Assembly: GCA_947054085.1 (NCBI GenBank)
Contig: CAMRVD010000002.1
Location: forward strand, 1 to 52,531
DNA from: an uncultured Clostridia bacterium
Lineage (GTDB): Bacteria; Bacillota; Clostridia; Christensenellales; UBA1242
DNA length: 52,531 nucleotides
Direction: 5' to 3'
The position numbers were made by a program, and so were the translations under genes. The notes under the pieces were generated by a model, which saw nothing but the letters and a program-made list of their open reading frames with translations, had not been told where the DNA came from and searched no databases. This document shows, piece after piece, positions 44,042 through 52,531 of the stretch (positions are counted from its first letter, which is position 1; the number at the start of each line of letters is the position of its first letter).

Positions 44042-44201
44042 GAATAAATTAGTTAATTTATTAATTACAATATATGTATTATAGTAATTGTTTTATAGAT
44101 GATGGTCTTTATAAATAAAGTGGCAAAAACAAAAATGTTATTATTTTAGTAGAAAATATCATTATCATTGTGTTAGAATATCTTTGCAACGAGGTACTTA
44201 T

Positions 44202-44477
44202 ATGATACATTCTATGGCGGGCGGCGAAATAAAAAATTTGCGATACGCAGACTTTGCAAAGGTAGAAATTTTAGAGGGCGAAAGCGTTGGCTCTAAGTTT
44301 TTTTATTTAAGTATAGATGGCGTTATCGAGGGCATGGTGGTACTTGTTCCTGTTGGCGTAAACAATGTACCTACCAAAGCAAAGGTATTAAGAGTTGATA
44401 AAAACGTAAATAGCCAAGTATCGCCAGTGCCTATAAAACGTGCAAAAAGTGTTATAAAAATAGTAAAAAACTGCTAA
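44202..44477 (+). CDS. hypothetical small protein
   Basis: 91 aa from the ATG at 44202. No family recognised. Confidence 0.45.
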   Translation: MIHSMAGGEIKNLRYADFAKVEILEGESVGSKFFYLSIDGVIEGMVVLVPVGVNNVPTKAKVLRVDKNVNSQVSPVPIKRAKSVIKIVKNC

Positions 44478-44533
44478 AAACAAGCAATTTTAATAAATTT
44501 TATAAAATGTAAGCTAAAAATAAAGGAGAAATT

Positions 44534-45607
44534 ATGAAGCCATATAAATTATCCGAGGGCGATAAAGTAGCAATAGTTAGCCTTTCTAGCGGGGCTCTGG
44601 GCGAAGATTTTGCCCGGCACGAACTTAATCTTGGCGTAAAAAGATTACAAGAATTAGGGCTAGAGCCTGTAATTATGCCGAATGCGTGCAAAGGTATAAC
44701 ATATTTAAAAAATCATCCAGAAAAACGCACACAAGATTTAATTGCTGCATTTACAGATAAAGAAATTAAAGGTATTATTTGTGCTATTGGTGGCGATGAT
44801 ACATATAAGATCATTCCTTACATTATGGATAACACAGATTTTATTAATGCGGTTAAAGACAACCCTAAAATTTTTATGGGGTTTAGCGATAGTACAATTA
44901 ACCATTTAACACTTAACAGTTTGGGGCTAAACACTTTTTATGGCCCAGCATTTCTTACCGACTTTGCAGAATTAGATACAGATATGCTTGGGTTTACCAA
45001 GTACTGGGTGCTAAATTTATTTATAAATAACAGCCAAACCCAAATAGAAAGTAGCAATGTTTGGTACAAAGAGCGTACCGATTTTAGCGTAAAGGCACTT
45101 GGAACGCCTCGGGAACTATTTTTGGAAGAGCAAGGTTATATAAAATTAAGCGGCGGCGGAGTGCACGAAGGCAAACTATATGGAGGTTGCTTAGATAGTA
45201 TATTTACAATTTACGAGGCTGAAAATAAAGAGCAAAAAGAGATATTTAGTAAATACAAAATATTTAACCCACCACAAAATGCAATGCTGTTTTTAGAAAC
45301 CAGTGACGAAAAGGTAACACCGCAAAAATTCCGAAAGATGCTGCAAGTCCTTAAACAAAATAAAGTTTTTGAGGACTGTAGCGGAGTATTATTTGGCAAA
45401 CCTCAGGACGAGCAGTATTTAGAGGAATATAATCAAATAATTAAAGAAGAACTTGCGGATTGTAATGTACTTTGTAACCTTAATTTTGGGCATTCGTACC
45501 CTAGGTGCATTGTTCCATATAACCTTAATTGCAAAGTAGATTTTGATAAAAAGCAAGTAACAATAACTGAGCCATGGTTTAAAACCGAAGATTTATTTAA
45601 TTTGTAA
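44534..45607 (+). CDS. S66-family LD-carboxypeptidase (LdcA/MccF-like)
   Basis: L.EGDKVAIVSLSSG N-terminus, GFSDST nucleophile motif and C-terminal FGHS... motif. AAAGGAGA RBS. Confidence 0.85.
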   Translation: MKPYKLSEGDKVAIVSLSSGALGEDFARHELNLGVKRLQELGLEPVIMPNACKGITYLKNHPEKRTQDLIAAFTDKEIKGIICAIGGDDTYKIIPYIMDNTDFINAVKDNPKIFMGFSDSTINHLTLNSLGLNTFYGPAFLTDFAELDTDMLGFTKYWVLNLFINNSQTQIESSNVWYKERTDFSVKALGTPRELFLEEQGYIKLSGGGVHEGKLYGGCLDSIFTIYEAENKEQKEIFSKYKIFNPPQNAMLFLETSDEKVTPQKFRKMLQVLKQNKVFEDCSGVLFGKPQDEQYLEEYNQIIKEELADCNVLCNLNFGHSYPRCIVPYNLNCKVDFDKKQVTITEPWFKTEDLFNL

Positions 45608-45683
45608 TACTATTATTTTTACTTAAATATTTGCAATTAAATGATGCAAACTTTAAAATAATAAAAAATAAAAAATATCTAAA

Positions 45684-45720
45684 ATGTAAAAAGCGGTAAA
45701 TTTTACCGTTTTTTTTACAT
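45684..45720. terminator. bidirectional intrinsic terminator / long palindrome
   Basis: ATGTAAAAAGCGGTAAA / TTTACCGTTTTTTTTACAT. Confidence 0.75.
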
Positions 45721-45721
45721 T

Positions 45722-46279
45722 TTACTTATTTTTTACTAAATTAAAGTTAAAAGTAGTTAAGTCTGCAAAATAGGTATTGTTTGGCTTTAAATTTCCAAAG
45801 TAAAATATTGTTGCACTTTTTGTGGAACTAGATTGTAAGCCCACTTCAGTATATTCAATTTTATAAAAACTAAAGCCTAAAATGTTTAAAAGTGGGTTTA
45901 TATAAAATAAATTATTTCGTATATAAACTATGCCTACAAAAACAAGAATGAGAGCAAAAATAGTTGCCATATAAACATACTCTATTTCGTAACTAAGTGC
46001 AAATAATACAAATAGCGAAAAGTAACCTAAAAAGTGATTTTCGGTAATATTTTTGCAAGTTATAACCTTAATTTGCGTTTTTTTACCTGTATTTAAACAT
46101 AGCATTAGCCCAAGTATTCCAAGCCCAATAAGAAGACTTAATATACTAAGTAGACAAGTATTAAGCACATTTACGCTTAAATTTTTGTTTATTATTTGCA
46201 CGGCTATTTTAATAATTAGTAAAGCGTATAATGGAATAAATGCGGAAAAATATAAACAGAGTTTTTTTAAAAATAGCAT
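45722..46279 (-). CDS. polytopic membrane protein (hypothetical)
   Basis: 185 aa, about five hydrophobic helices. Confidence 0.5.
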   Translation of the reverse strand: MLFLKKLCLYFSAFIPLYALLIIKIAVQIINKNLSVNVLNTCLLSILSLLIGLGILGLMLCLNTGKKTQIKVITCKNITENHFLGYFSLFVLFALSYEIEYVYMATIFALILVFVGIVYIRNNLFYINPLLNILGFSFYKIEYTEVGLQSSSTKSATIFYFGNLKPNNTYFADLTTFNFNLVKNK

Positions 46280-46311
46280 AAATTAATATTTAGCTAAAAT
46301 AGATTTTATAA

Positions 46312-46345
46312 ACATAAAAAATTCCACCTTAGTTTTGGGTGGAAT
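46312..46345 (-). terminator. intrinsic terminator of typA
   Basis: ATTCCACC/GGTGGAAT stem with a T-run on the minus strand. Confidence 0.75.
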
Positions 46346-46353
46346 TTATATAT

Positions 46354-48186
46354 TTAGCTATTTTTCTTTTTAAAGTCGGCACGACCACGCATTGTATGGT
46401 CTAGTATTTTTTTACGAATTCTTAAGTTTACTGGTGTTACTTCTAGTAGTTCGTCTTCTGCCAAAAATTCTAAGCTTTCTTCTAGTGTTAGAGCTTTAAC
46501 AGGCTCTAGTCTTAGGGCTTCGTCCGTACCGCTGGCACGCATGTTGGTTAGTTGCTTGCGTTTGCAAACATTAACAACAATGTCTTCGGCCTTTGGATTG
46601 ATGCCAACAACCATACCACCATAAACTTTTGTGCCCGGCGTTATAAGAAGTCTTCCGCGCTCTTGACTATTAAATAGACCATATTGTACAGCTTCGCCTG
46701 TTTCGTAAGCAACAAGTGCACCAAAGTTACGGCTGTTTATTGCACCTTTGTATGGCTCGTATTTGTAAAAAATACTATTCATAATGCCTTCGCCACGGGT
46801 ATCGGTTAAAAATTGGTTTTTGTATCCAAACAGTCCACGGCTTGGTATATGAAACTCTAGACGAATTCTGCTTCCACGAGGGTTCATATTAATTAGTTCG
46901 CCTTTGCGAGCACCAAGAGTGCTTATAACTGCACCAACGCTATCTTCGGGAACATCAATAATAAGCTCGTCTATAGGTTCGCACTTAACACCGTCAATTT
47001 CTTTATAAATAACCTTAGGCATGCTAACCTGAAATTCAAAACCATCTCTACGCATGTTTTCTACAAGTATAGATATATGCATTTCGCCGCGACCAAGCAC
47101 TCTAAAGGTATCAGCACTGTCGGTTTCGTAAACACGCAAACTTAAATCCTTAACCGCTTCCTTAAGTAGTCTGTCGCGTAAGTGACGACTTGTACAAAAT
47201 TTGCCTTCTGTACCTGCAAATGGACTATTGTTTACGCTAAACTCCATTTCTACACTAGGCTCGCTAATTTTAACAAATGGAATAGCCGTAAGGTCGTCTT
47301 TGTTAGTAACGGTGTCGCCGATTGTAACTTCTTCGGTTCCGCTAATGCAAATAATATCGCCAGTAGTTACGTTTGTAACAGGCACGCGTTTTAAACCTTG
47401 ATATTCAAATATATTAGAAACCTTAAAGTTAATCTTTTTACCTTGGTCGTGATAGTTGACTAAGCTTAGTTGTTCGTTAACTTTGCAGCTTCCTTGTTCT
47501 ACTTTACCAACTGCAAGTTTACCTAAATAATCGTTTTGTTCACAGCTAGAAACCAGCATTTTAAAGCTACCATTAGCGTTGCCGTTAGGGGCAGGGATAT
47601 GTTTAATAATTGTATCTAGTAGCGGTTTCATGTCTGTGCCAAGAACCTCTGGATCAAGCGAGCAAATACCTTGACGGGCAGATGCGTAGCAAATAGGGCT
47701 ATCTAACTGTTCGTCTGATGCACCTAAATCCATAAGTAGTTCCAACACTTCGTCTACAACTTCACTAATTCTCGCGTCTTTGCGGTCTATTTTGTTTATA
47801 ACAATAATAACCTTGTGGTTAAGTTCTAGTGCTTTTTGTAGCACAAAACGGGTTTGTGGCATGGTTCCCTCAAACGCGTCAACAACCAAAAGCACGCCGT
47901 CTACCATTTTAAGTACGCGTTCTACCTCGCCGCCAAAGTCGGCGTGTCCCGGGGTGTCTACAACATTAATTTTAATGTCGCCGTACATAAGAGCAGCGTT
48001 TTTGCTAAGAATTGTTATTCCGCGTTCGCGTTCTAGTGCGTTGCTGTCCATAACGCGATCGGCAACTTCTTGGTTTTGTCTAAAAACGCCGCCTTGTTTT
48101 AGAAGTTCGTTGACAAGCGTTGTTTTGCCGTGATCTACGTGGGCAATTATTGCAACGTTTCGTATTCCTTTAATTGTATTTTCCAT
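46354..48186 (-). CDS. typA: translational GTPase TypA/BipA
   Basis: IRNVAIIAHVDHGKTTL, DTPGHADFGGEV and NKIDR motifs. 610 aa, EF-G-like without domain IV. Confidence 0.97.
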   Translation of the reverse strand: MENTIKGIRNVAIIAHVDHGKTTLVNELLKQGGVFRQNQEVADRVMDSNALERERGITILSKNAALMYGDIKINVVDTPGHADFGGEVERVLKMVDGVLLVVDAFEGTMPQTRFVLQKALELNHKVIIVINKIDRKDARISEVVDEVLELLMDLGASDEQLDSPICYASARQGICSLDPEVLGTDMKPLLDTIIKHIPAPNGNANGSFKMLVSSCEQNDYLGKLAVGKVEQGSCKVNEQLSLVNYHDQGKKINFKVSNIFEYQGLKRVPVTNVTTGDIICISGTEEVTIGDTVTNKDDLTAIPFVKISEPSVEMEFSVNNSPFAGTEGKFCTSRHLRDRLLKEAVKDLSLRVYETDSADTFRVLGRGEMHISILVENMRRDGFEFQVSMPKVIYKEIDGVKCEPIDELIIDVPEDSVGAVISTLGARKGELINMNPRGSRIRLEFHIPSRGLFGYKNQFLTDTRGEGIMNSIFYKYEPYKGAINSRNFGALVAYETGEAVQYGLFNSQERGRLLITPGTKVYGGMVVGINPKAEDIVVNVCKRKQLTNMRASGTDEALRLEPVKALTLEESLEFLAEDELLEVTPVNLRIRKKILDHTMRGRADFKKKNS

Positions 48187-48281
48187 AAATTTCTCCCAAA
48201 AGTTTAGCAGGGCAAACTTTAAAAGCCAATTACTTTTGCTTAAAAATGCCCATAAATTTCTATTATAAAATTAACCTTTGC

Positions 48282-48310
48282 ATTATACACCATTACAACA
48301 TAATTTGTAA
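48282..48310 (-). promoter_or_regulatory. promoter of typA
   Basis: On the minus strand: TTACAA, 17-nt spacer, TGTATAAT (extended -10), about 95 nt upstream of the ATG. Confidence 0.6.
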
Positions 48311-48370
48311 AGGATATTATAAAAATACTATTAGCAAACTAGTAATTTTAGTATACAAATAATAGATGAC

Positions 48371-49816
48371 TCACTTTTTTAACGCTATAATCATCCAAAT
48401 TATTAAACTAAGCCCAACTCCAGAAAACAACAGGCCAACTACTATTAATATGTAATTGGTAAAACCATTATCCAAACAATCGGTTGGGTCTTTAGGGTTA
48501 ACTTTTATTGTAATTGTGTCACCTACTGATGGCGCTAAATCTGCACTTTGGGCATAACTACTATCTTTTTGATACCTAGTATCGTCAATATAATATTCGT
48601 AGGTAAATGTCGCCATAAGGCCGCCGTCTTTTTTGTTTACATAAGTTGTTACATTTATAACAGTTGCCTGAACCTTATTGTAGCTTAAATCCTTAGAAAG
48701 CGGAATTAATCCAAAACTTATAAATACCCATAAACCCATAGCAAAAAATAATAAGCCAACAAAATTTATTATAAAAAAATCAAAACTAAATATAGTTTTT
48801 ATAGAACCTTTCTTTTTGAATTTGCGTTTTGTTGTTTTTTTTGTGATAAGTTCTTCTTTTTCTTTGGCTATATTTTCTTGGACAACCTTGTTAATTTCCG
48901 CTTTTTCTTGTTTGTACTGCCAAGATTTATGATATTTTATGGTGGCTAGTATATCCTTAATACCTTGATAAGTTCCAAAAAGTAGCAGTAGAAATCCAAA
49001 AACCGAAAAGCATAACATTGCGTAAGCGGTTGCTCCACTTGCAAGCAACTCAATAAAACTTAAGCCGCCAGCAAGGGCTATTCCCGTCAAAATACATACC
49101 GGAAATCCCAAAAACAAAATCCCTAAAACCGCACCCATAATTCCGCTATTAATTATGCCAAGCTCCATTTGTGCAAAAAAGATCAAAATGCCCATTATTA
49201 AAAAGAAACTTGCACCAAAAAATATCATTATAACATTAGATAAAGCTATGGTTATTTCGGGATTATTTTTGCTATAATAAATAGTAACCTTGTTGCCTGC
49301 ATTAAAATTAACACCTCCCCAAGATGCACTATCTAAGCTAAAGCAAACATTTCCGTTTTGGTCGGTGTATTTATATGCTAATCGGTAAGAATTATCCTCG
49401 CTTATTACATACTCGATAGTGGCAGTAGTCTTTACAAAACTAGTATTTATTTTGTGCGAATAGTTAGCACCAATTATAAACAAAGGAATAAACCCAATGC
49501 CGGCAGCGGCAAACAGAATAATCGAAATCAAAATCTTTTTAAACTTTTGTTTTGGTGTAAGTAAATTAAATTTTGATTTTATAATATTTCCAATGGTTTT
49601 ATTTACCTTTACTTTATAACTTACAGACTTGGATATTATTAAGCAGATTACCGAAAAGGCTGTACTAACTACAACTATAAGCACACTATTTATAACAATA
49701 CTTGTTACGTTATTAAAAATACAGCATTGTAAAGTTATGCAAACTATAGCTAAAACGACAAAAAATATGCTTAAGCCCTGCCAAAATAGTTTAGATTTGT
49801 TTATTAAACTTTTCAT
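48371..49816 (-). CDS. membrane protein with two DUF3592-like domains
   Basis: 481 aa. Two beta-rich modules each end ...V.YDP/NPKDP-like (KVTIYYSKNNPE and TIKVNPKDPTD), separated by TM bundles. Confidence 0.6.
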   Translation of the reverse strand: MKSLINKSKLFWQGLSIFFVVLAIVCITLQCCIFNNVTSIVINSVLIVVVSTAFSVICLIISKSVSYKVKVNKTIGNIIKSKFNLLTPKQKFKKILISIILFAAAGIGFIPLFIIGANYSHKINTSFVKTTATIEYVISEDNSYRLAYKYTDQNGNVCFSLDSASWGGVNFNAGNKVTIYYSKNNPEITIALSNVIMIFFGASFFLIMGILIFFAQMELGIINSGIMGAVLGILFLGFPVCILTGIALAGGLSFIELLASGATAYAMLCFSVFGFLLLLFGTYQGIKDILATIKYHKSWQYKQEKAEINKVVQENIAKEKEELITKKTTKRKFKKKGSIKTIFSFDFFIINFVGLLFFAMGLWVFISFGLIPLSKDLSYNKVQATVINVTTYVNKKDGGLMATFTYEYYIDDTRYQKDSSYAQSADLAPSVGDTITIKVNPKDPTDCLDNGFTNYILIVVGLLFSGVGLSLIIWMIIALKK

Positions 49817-49961
49817 GCTTCACCTTTATATGAAATAAATAGTAACATACAGCATAGTTAAAGACAATTATTTTATAATCTAAATTGCTCATATTTAAAT
49901 AATTTTTTTATTTGATTATAGGTTGATTGCAAAATTATTTACTTTTTGTTATTATTTTATT

Positions 49962-51335
49962 ATGAAACCTATAGATTTACCCGAACAATTTTTAAAAAAC
50001 ATGCAAACTCTTTTAAAAGAGGATTATAGTGCGTATTTACAAGCGATGGAAGCCTCTGCTGTAAGCGGAATGCGTATAAACCCTATAAAAGCAGATAATC
50101 AAAACATTGCAAGTATAAAGGCTGAACTAAACGTTATAAAGCAAGTGCCATATACAGATAATGGCTATATAATAACAAGTTCTAAAATTGGCAAGCATCC
50201 GTACCATATGGCGGGGGCAGTGTATGTGCAAGAGCCGTCTAGCATGCTTGCCGTTGCTGCTAGTGAATTAGAAAAACAAGAAGATAAAGATGCATTAAGA
50301 ATTTTAGACTTGTGTGCGGCACCCGGTGGTAAAACCGGTCAAATTGCAGAAATTTTAGACGGAAAAGGCGTACTTGTTAGTAACGAAATAGAAAGACCTA
50401 GGGCTAAAATTTTGCAAAGCAATGTAGAACGCATGGGTTACAGTAATGTTATAATTACAAACGCCAGCCCCGAACAATTATCTAAAAAACTAAGTGGTTT
50501 ATTTGACTATATTTTTGTGGATGCTCCTTGCGGCGGCGAGGGCATGTTTAGAAAAGACCCCGACACCATAAAAGAGTGGAAAGCCGAGAGAATTGAAAGT
50601 AATAGTGAAAGGCAAAAACAAATACTAACATTTGCAAATGACATGCTAAAACCAAACGGCAAACTAATATATTCTACATGCACTTTTAATAAAGCGGAAA
50701 ACGAGGATGTTGTAGAATGGTTTAGTGATAATTTTAATTATCAGTTTGTGTTGCCAAATGTTAAGATAATAGAAGCGACAACTTTTTTAAGTAATCCTGC
50801 TTGCCGCAGATTTTATCCGCACACTTGTGGCGGCGAAGGTCAGTTTGTTTGCGTGCTTAAAAAAGGTGAAGTTGATGTTAATTTGTCACAAAATAAAAAA
50901 CTGGCAAAACTTGGCAAACAAGAAATAACGCTTACTAGCGAGTTTTTAGATGATTTTAACTTACCTTTTGCAATAAATTTAACAAAAGTGGGTGAAAATA
51001 TATGTTTAATTAATCAAAATCTGCAAAATATGTTAGAATATATGCAATTTTTACCTGTAATTAATGCGGGTATAACATTAGGTAATATAACTAAAGGTAG
51101 GTTTGTTCCACATAATAATAGTTTTACAGCACTAGGGAAGTACTGCAAAAATAAAATACACTTTGGCTTAAAAGACGATAATCTTTACAAATATTTGCAT
51201 GGAGAGCAGCTGCAAAATCAAAGTAATTTAGCAAAAGGTTATGGGGTGGTTACTGTTAATAATATTTCTGTTGGTGGAGTCAAAATAAGTGGTAATAGTT
51301 TAAAAAATTTACTGCCAAAAGGATTAAGAATTTAA
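49962..51335 (+). CDS. NOL1/NOP2/Sun-family rRNA m5C methyltransferase (RsmF/RsmB-like)
   Basis: CAAPGGKT SAM motif plus DAPCGGEGMFRKDP and STCTF catalytic Cys motifs. I chose the ATG at 49962 over the track TTG at 49923. Confidence 0.85.
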   Translation: MKPIDLPEQFLKNMQTLLKEDYSAYLQAMEASAVSGMRINPIKADNQNIASIKAELNVIKQVPYTDNGYIITSSKIGKHPYHMAGAVYVQEPSSMLAVAASELEKQEDKDALRILDLCAAPGGKTGQIAEILDGKGVLVSNEIERPRAKILQSNVERMGYSNVIITNASPEQLSKKLSGLFDYIFVDAPCGGEGMFRKDPDTIKEWKAERIESNSERQKQILTFANDMLKPNGKLIYSTCTFNKAENEDVVEWFSDNFNYQFVLPNVKIIEATTFLSNPACRRFYPHTCGGEGQFVCVLKKGEVDVNLSQNKKLAKLGKQEITLTSEFLDDFNLPFAINLTKVGENICLINQNLQNMLEYMQFLPVINAGITLGNITKGRFVPHNNSFTALGKYCKNKIHFGLKDDNLYKYLHGEQLQNQSNLAKGYGVVTVNNISVGGVKISGNSLKNLLPKGLRI

Positions 51336-51436
51336 GCTAATATAATATTTAGACTTAAAAATTTAGTTAAAAATATTTGCTATAATTTAAAAAAACAGAT
51401 ATACTTGTGTTGTTTAAATTATAAAGGAGAATTATT

Positions 51437-51979
51437 ATGAAAAAATCACTTAAAGGTACACAAACCGAACAAAATCTTTTGTCTGCTTTTGCAGGAGAAA
51501 GTCAAGCTCGTAATAAGTATACATACTTTGCAAGCAAAGCTAAAAAAGAAGGATACGAGCAAATTGCAGCAATTTTTGAAGAAACTGCAGGTAACGAAAA
51601 AGAGCACGCAAAAATGTGGCTAAAAGAACTCAATGGTATTGGCAGTACAGAGGAAAACTTAAAAGCCGCAGCAAGTGGCGAAAATTATGAGTGGACAACC
51701 ATGTACGAAGATTTTGCTAAACAAGCAGAGGCAGAAGGGTTTACTACAATTGCCGCAAAATTCCGAATGGTTGCACAGATAGAAAAAGATCACGAAAAAA
51801 GATATAACGACTTATACAAAAATATGATAGAAAACAAAGTGTTCGAAAAAGCAACACAAAAAACTGTATGGATTTGCCGTAATTGCGGATACAAACATGT
51901 TGGACCAATCGCTCCAAAAATGTGTCCTTGCTGCGAGCATCCACAAAGCTATTTCGAAGTTTATAAACAAAATTTTTAG
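51437..51979 (+). CDS. rbr: rubrerythrin
   Basis: Ferritin-like diiron ExxH motifs ([16 protein letters not shown]) and a C-terminal rubredoxin CRNCG...CPCC. Confidence 0.95.
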   Translation: MKKSLKGTQTEQNLLSAFAGESQARNKYTYFASKAKKEGYEQIAAIFEETAGNEKEHAKMWLKELNGIGSTEENLKAAASGENYEWTTMYEDFAKQAEAEGFTTIAAKFRMVAQIEKDHEKRYNDLYKNMIENKVFEKATQKTVWICRNCGYKHVGPIAPKMCPCCEHPQSYFEVYKQNF

Positions 51980-51990
51980 GAGATTTTTAA

Positions 51991-52347
51991 TTGGACTTTG
52001 CGAGTGAATTACTAAAGGTAAAATTAATATCAGATTATTTAATAGACGACTTTAGCAACAGCTACAAAGTCTTGTTTTTAATAAGCGAACTCAATGTGTG
52101 TTCGCCTAAGGATTTGTGCCGAATTTTAAAAATGGCAAAAAGTAACCTTGCGGTACTTGCTGGTAAACTTAGATTAGTTAAGTTTATAGAACAAAAAAAG
52201 CAGGCTGACAACCAAAAAGAAATTATTTATTTTGTAACGCCTCTTGGCAGAGAAAAGTTAAATAATAAATTAAAAAGTATAGTAATTAAAGATGCCGAAA
52301 AAGCAAACGCTCTTGTAAAACTAAAACAAATTTTACAATCGTTATAA
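51991..52347 (+). CDS. small winged-helix (MarR/PadR-like) transcriptional regulator, tentative
   Basis: TTG start 8 nt after AGGAG. 118 aa, HTH-like LCRILKMAKSNLAVLAGKL, immediately downstream of rubrerythrin. Confidence 0.45.
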   Translation: MDFASELLKVKLISDYLIDDFSNSYKVLFLISELNVCSPKDLCRILKMAKSNLAVLAGKLRLVKFIEQKKQADNQKEIIYFVTPLGREKLNNKLKSIVIKDAEKANALVKLKQILQSL

Positions 52348-52384
52348 AAAATTACATACAAAATTTGTAATAAGCTAATTAGTT

Positions 52385-52437
52385 AAAAAATAAATCCCTA
52401 AACCTTTTTGTTGGTTTGGGGATTTATTTTTTTCTAT
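52385..52437 (+). terminator. intrinsic terminator
   Basis: AAATCCCTAAACC/GGTTTGGGGATTT stem (one G-U pair) followed by a T-run. Confidence 0.75.
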
Positions 52438-52531
52438 TGTTTCACAAACATTAATATAACTTAATGCTTAATAATTCCTAATCTCCTTTATACAAGCTAT
52501 ACAATAGGTTACAAAACTCGTTGGTTTGGGT

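Noticed and set aside
43978-44183. oriC/DnaA-box cluster upstream of rpmH
   Set aside because: I saw no TTATCCACA-like boxes there and dnaA is not adjacent. The only near matches in the window (TTATCCAAG and TTATACACG around 18466-18485) are isolated.
52406-52531. GTTGGTTTGGG occurs twice (52409-52419 and 52520-52530) near the window end
   Set aside because: The first copy is the 3' half of a terminator stem. The second is cut by the window edge. That is too little sequence to call a repeat family.

Overview
This is an AT-rich, gene-dense chromosomal window from a low-GC Firmicute. It is most likely a spore-forming Clostridia-class organism, given spmA/spmB, veg, a SPOCS-LysM coat-like protein and jag/yidC.

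Most content is housekeeping:
- valS, greA, tatD, rsmA, degV, hup, typA and rubrerythrin
- holB-ricT-ferredoxin followed by a yabB-like methyltransferase
- nrdD-nrdG
- a glmU(C-domain only)-glmM-glmS operon
- mnmE-[tandem GNAT]-mnmG
- the rpmH-rnpA-yidD-yidC-jag cluster
- an rsmF-like methyltransferase
- an NMT1/THI5-type ABC importer

I recognised no rRNA, tRNA, CRISPR array, transposase or integrase.

Seven things are not ordinary:
1. A family of ~121-124 nt imperfect-hairpin repeats. They have 16-nt terminal inverted repeats (AAACGG[C/A]AAWAATTAG-like) and a conserved apical mini-hairpin (GTCATTTACGC....GTAAA.TCC). They begin on or just after the stop codons of + strand genes and occur three times in tandem between nrdD and nrdG.
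2. A decayed divergent pair of XRE genes whose operator-like palindromes (TTAC-N6-GTAA) match the apex of those repeats.
3. Three tandem GNAT-like paralogs, two of them with leaderless-type promoter geometry.
4. A tandem-GNAT gene translationally coupled between mnmE and mnmG.
5. A Rho-like protein that lacks the Walker A motif.
6. A stand-alone GlmU acetyltransferase domain.
7. A second short repeat (GTCCTGAGCG...GTCGAAGGATC).

All calls come from reading the translated ORFs and the nucleotide sequence by eye. No database search or folding program was run.
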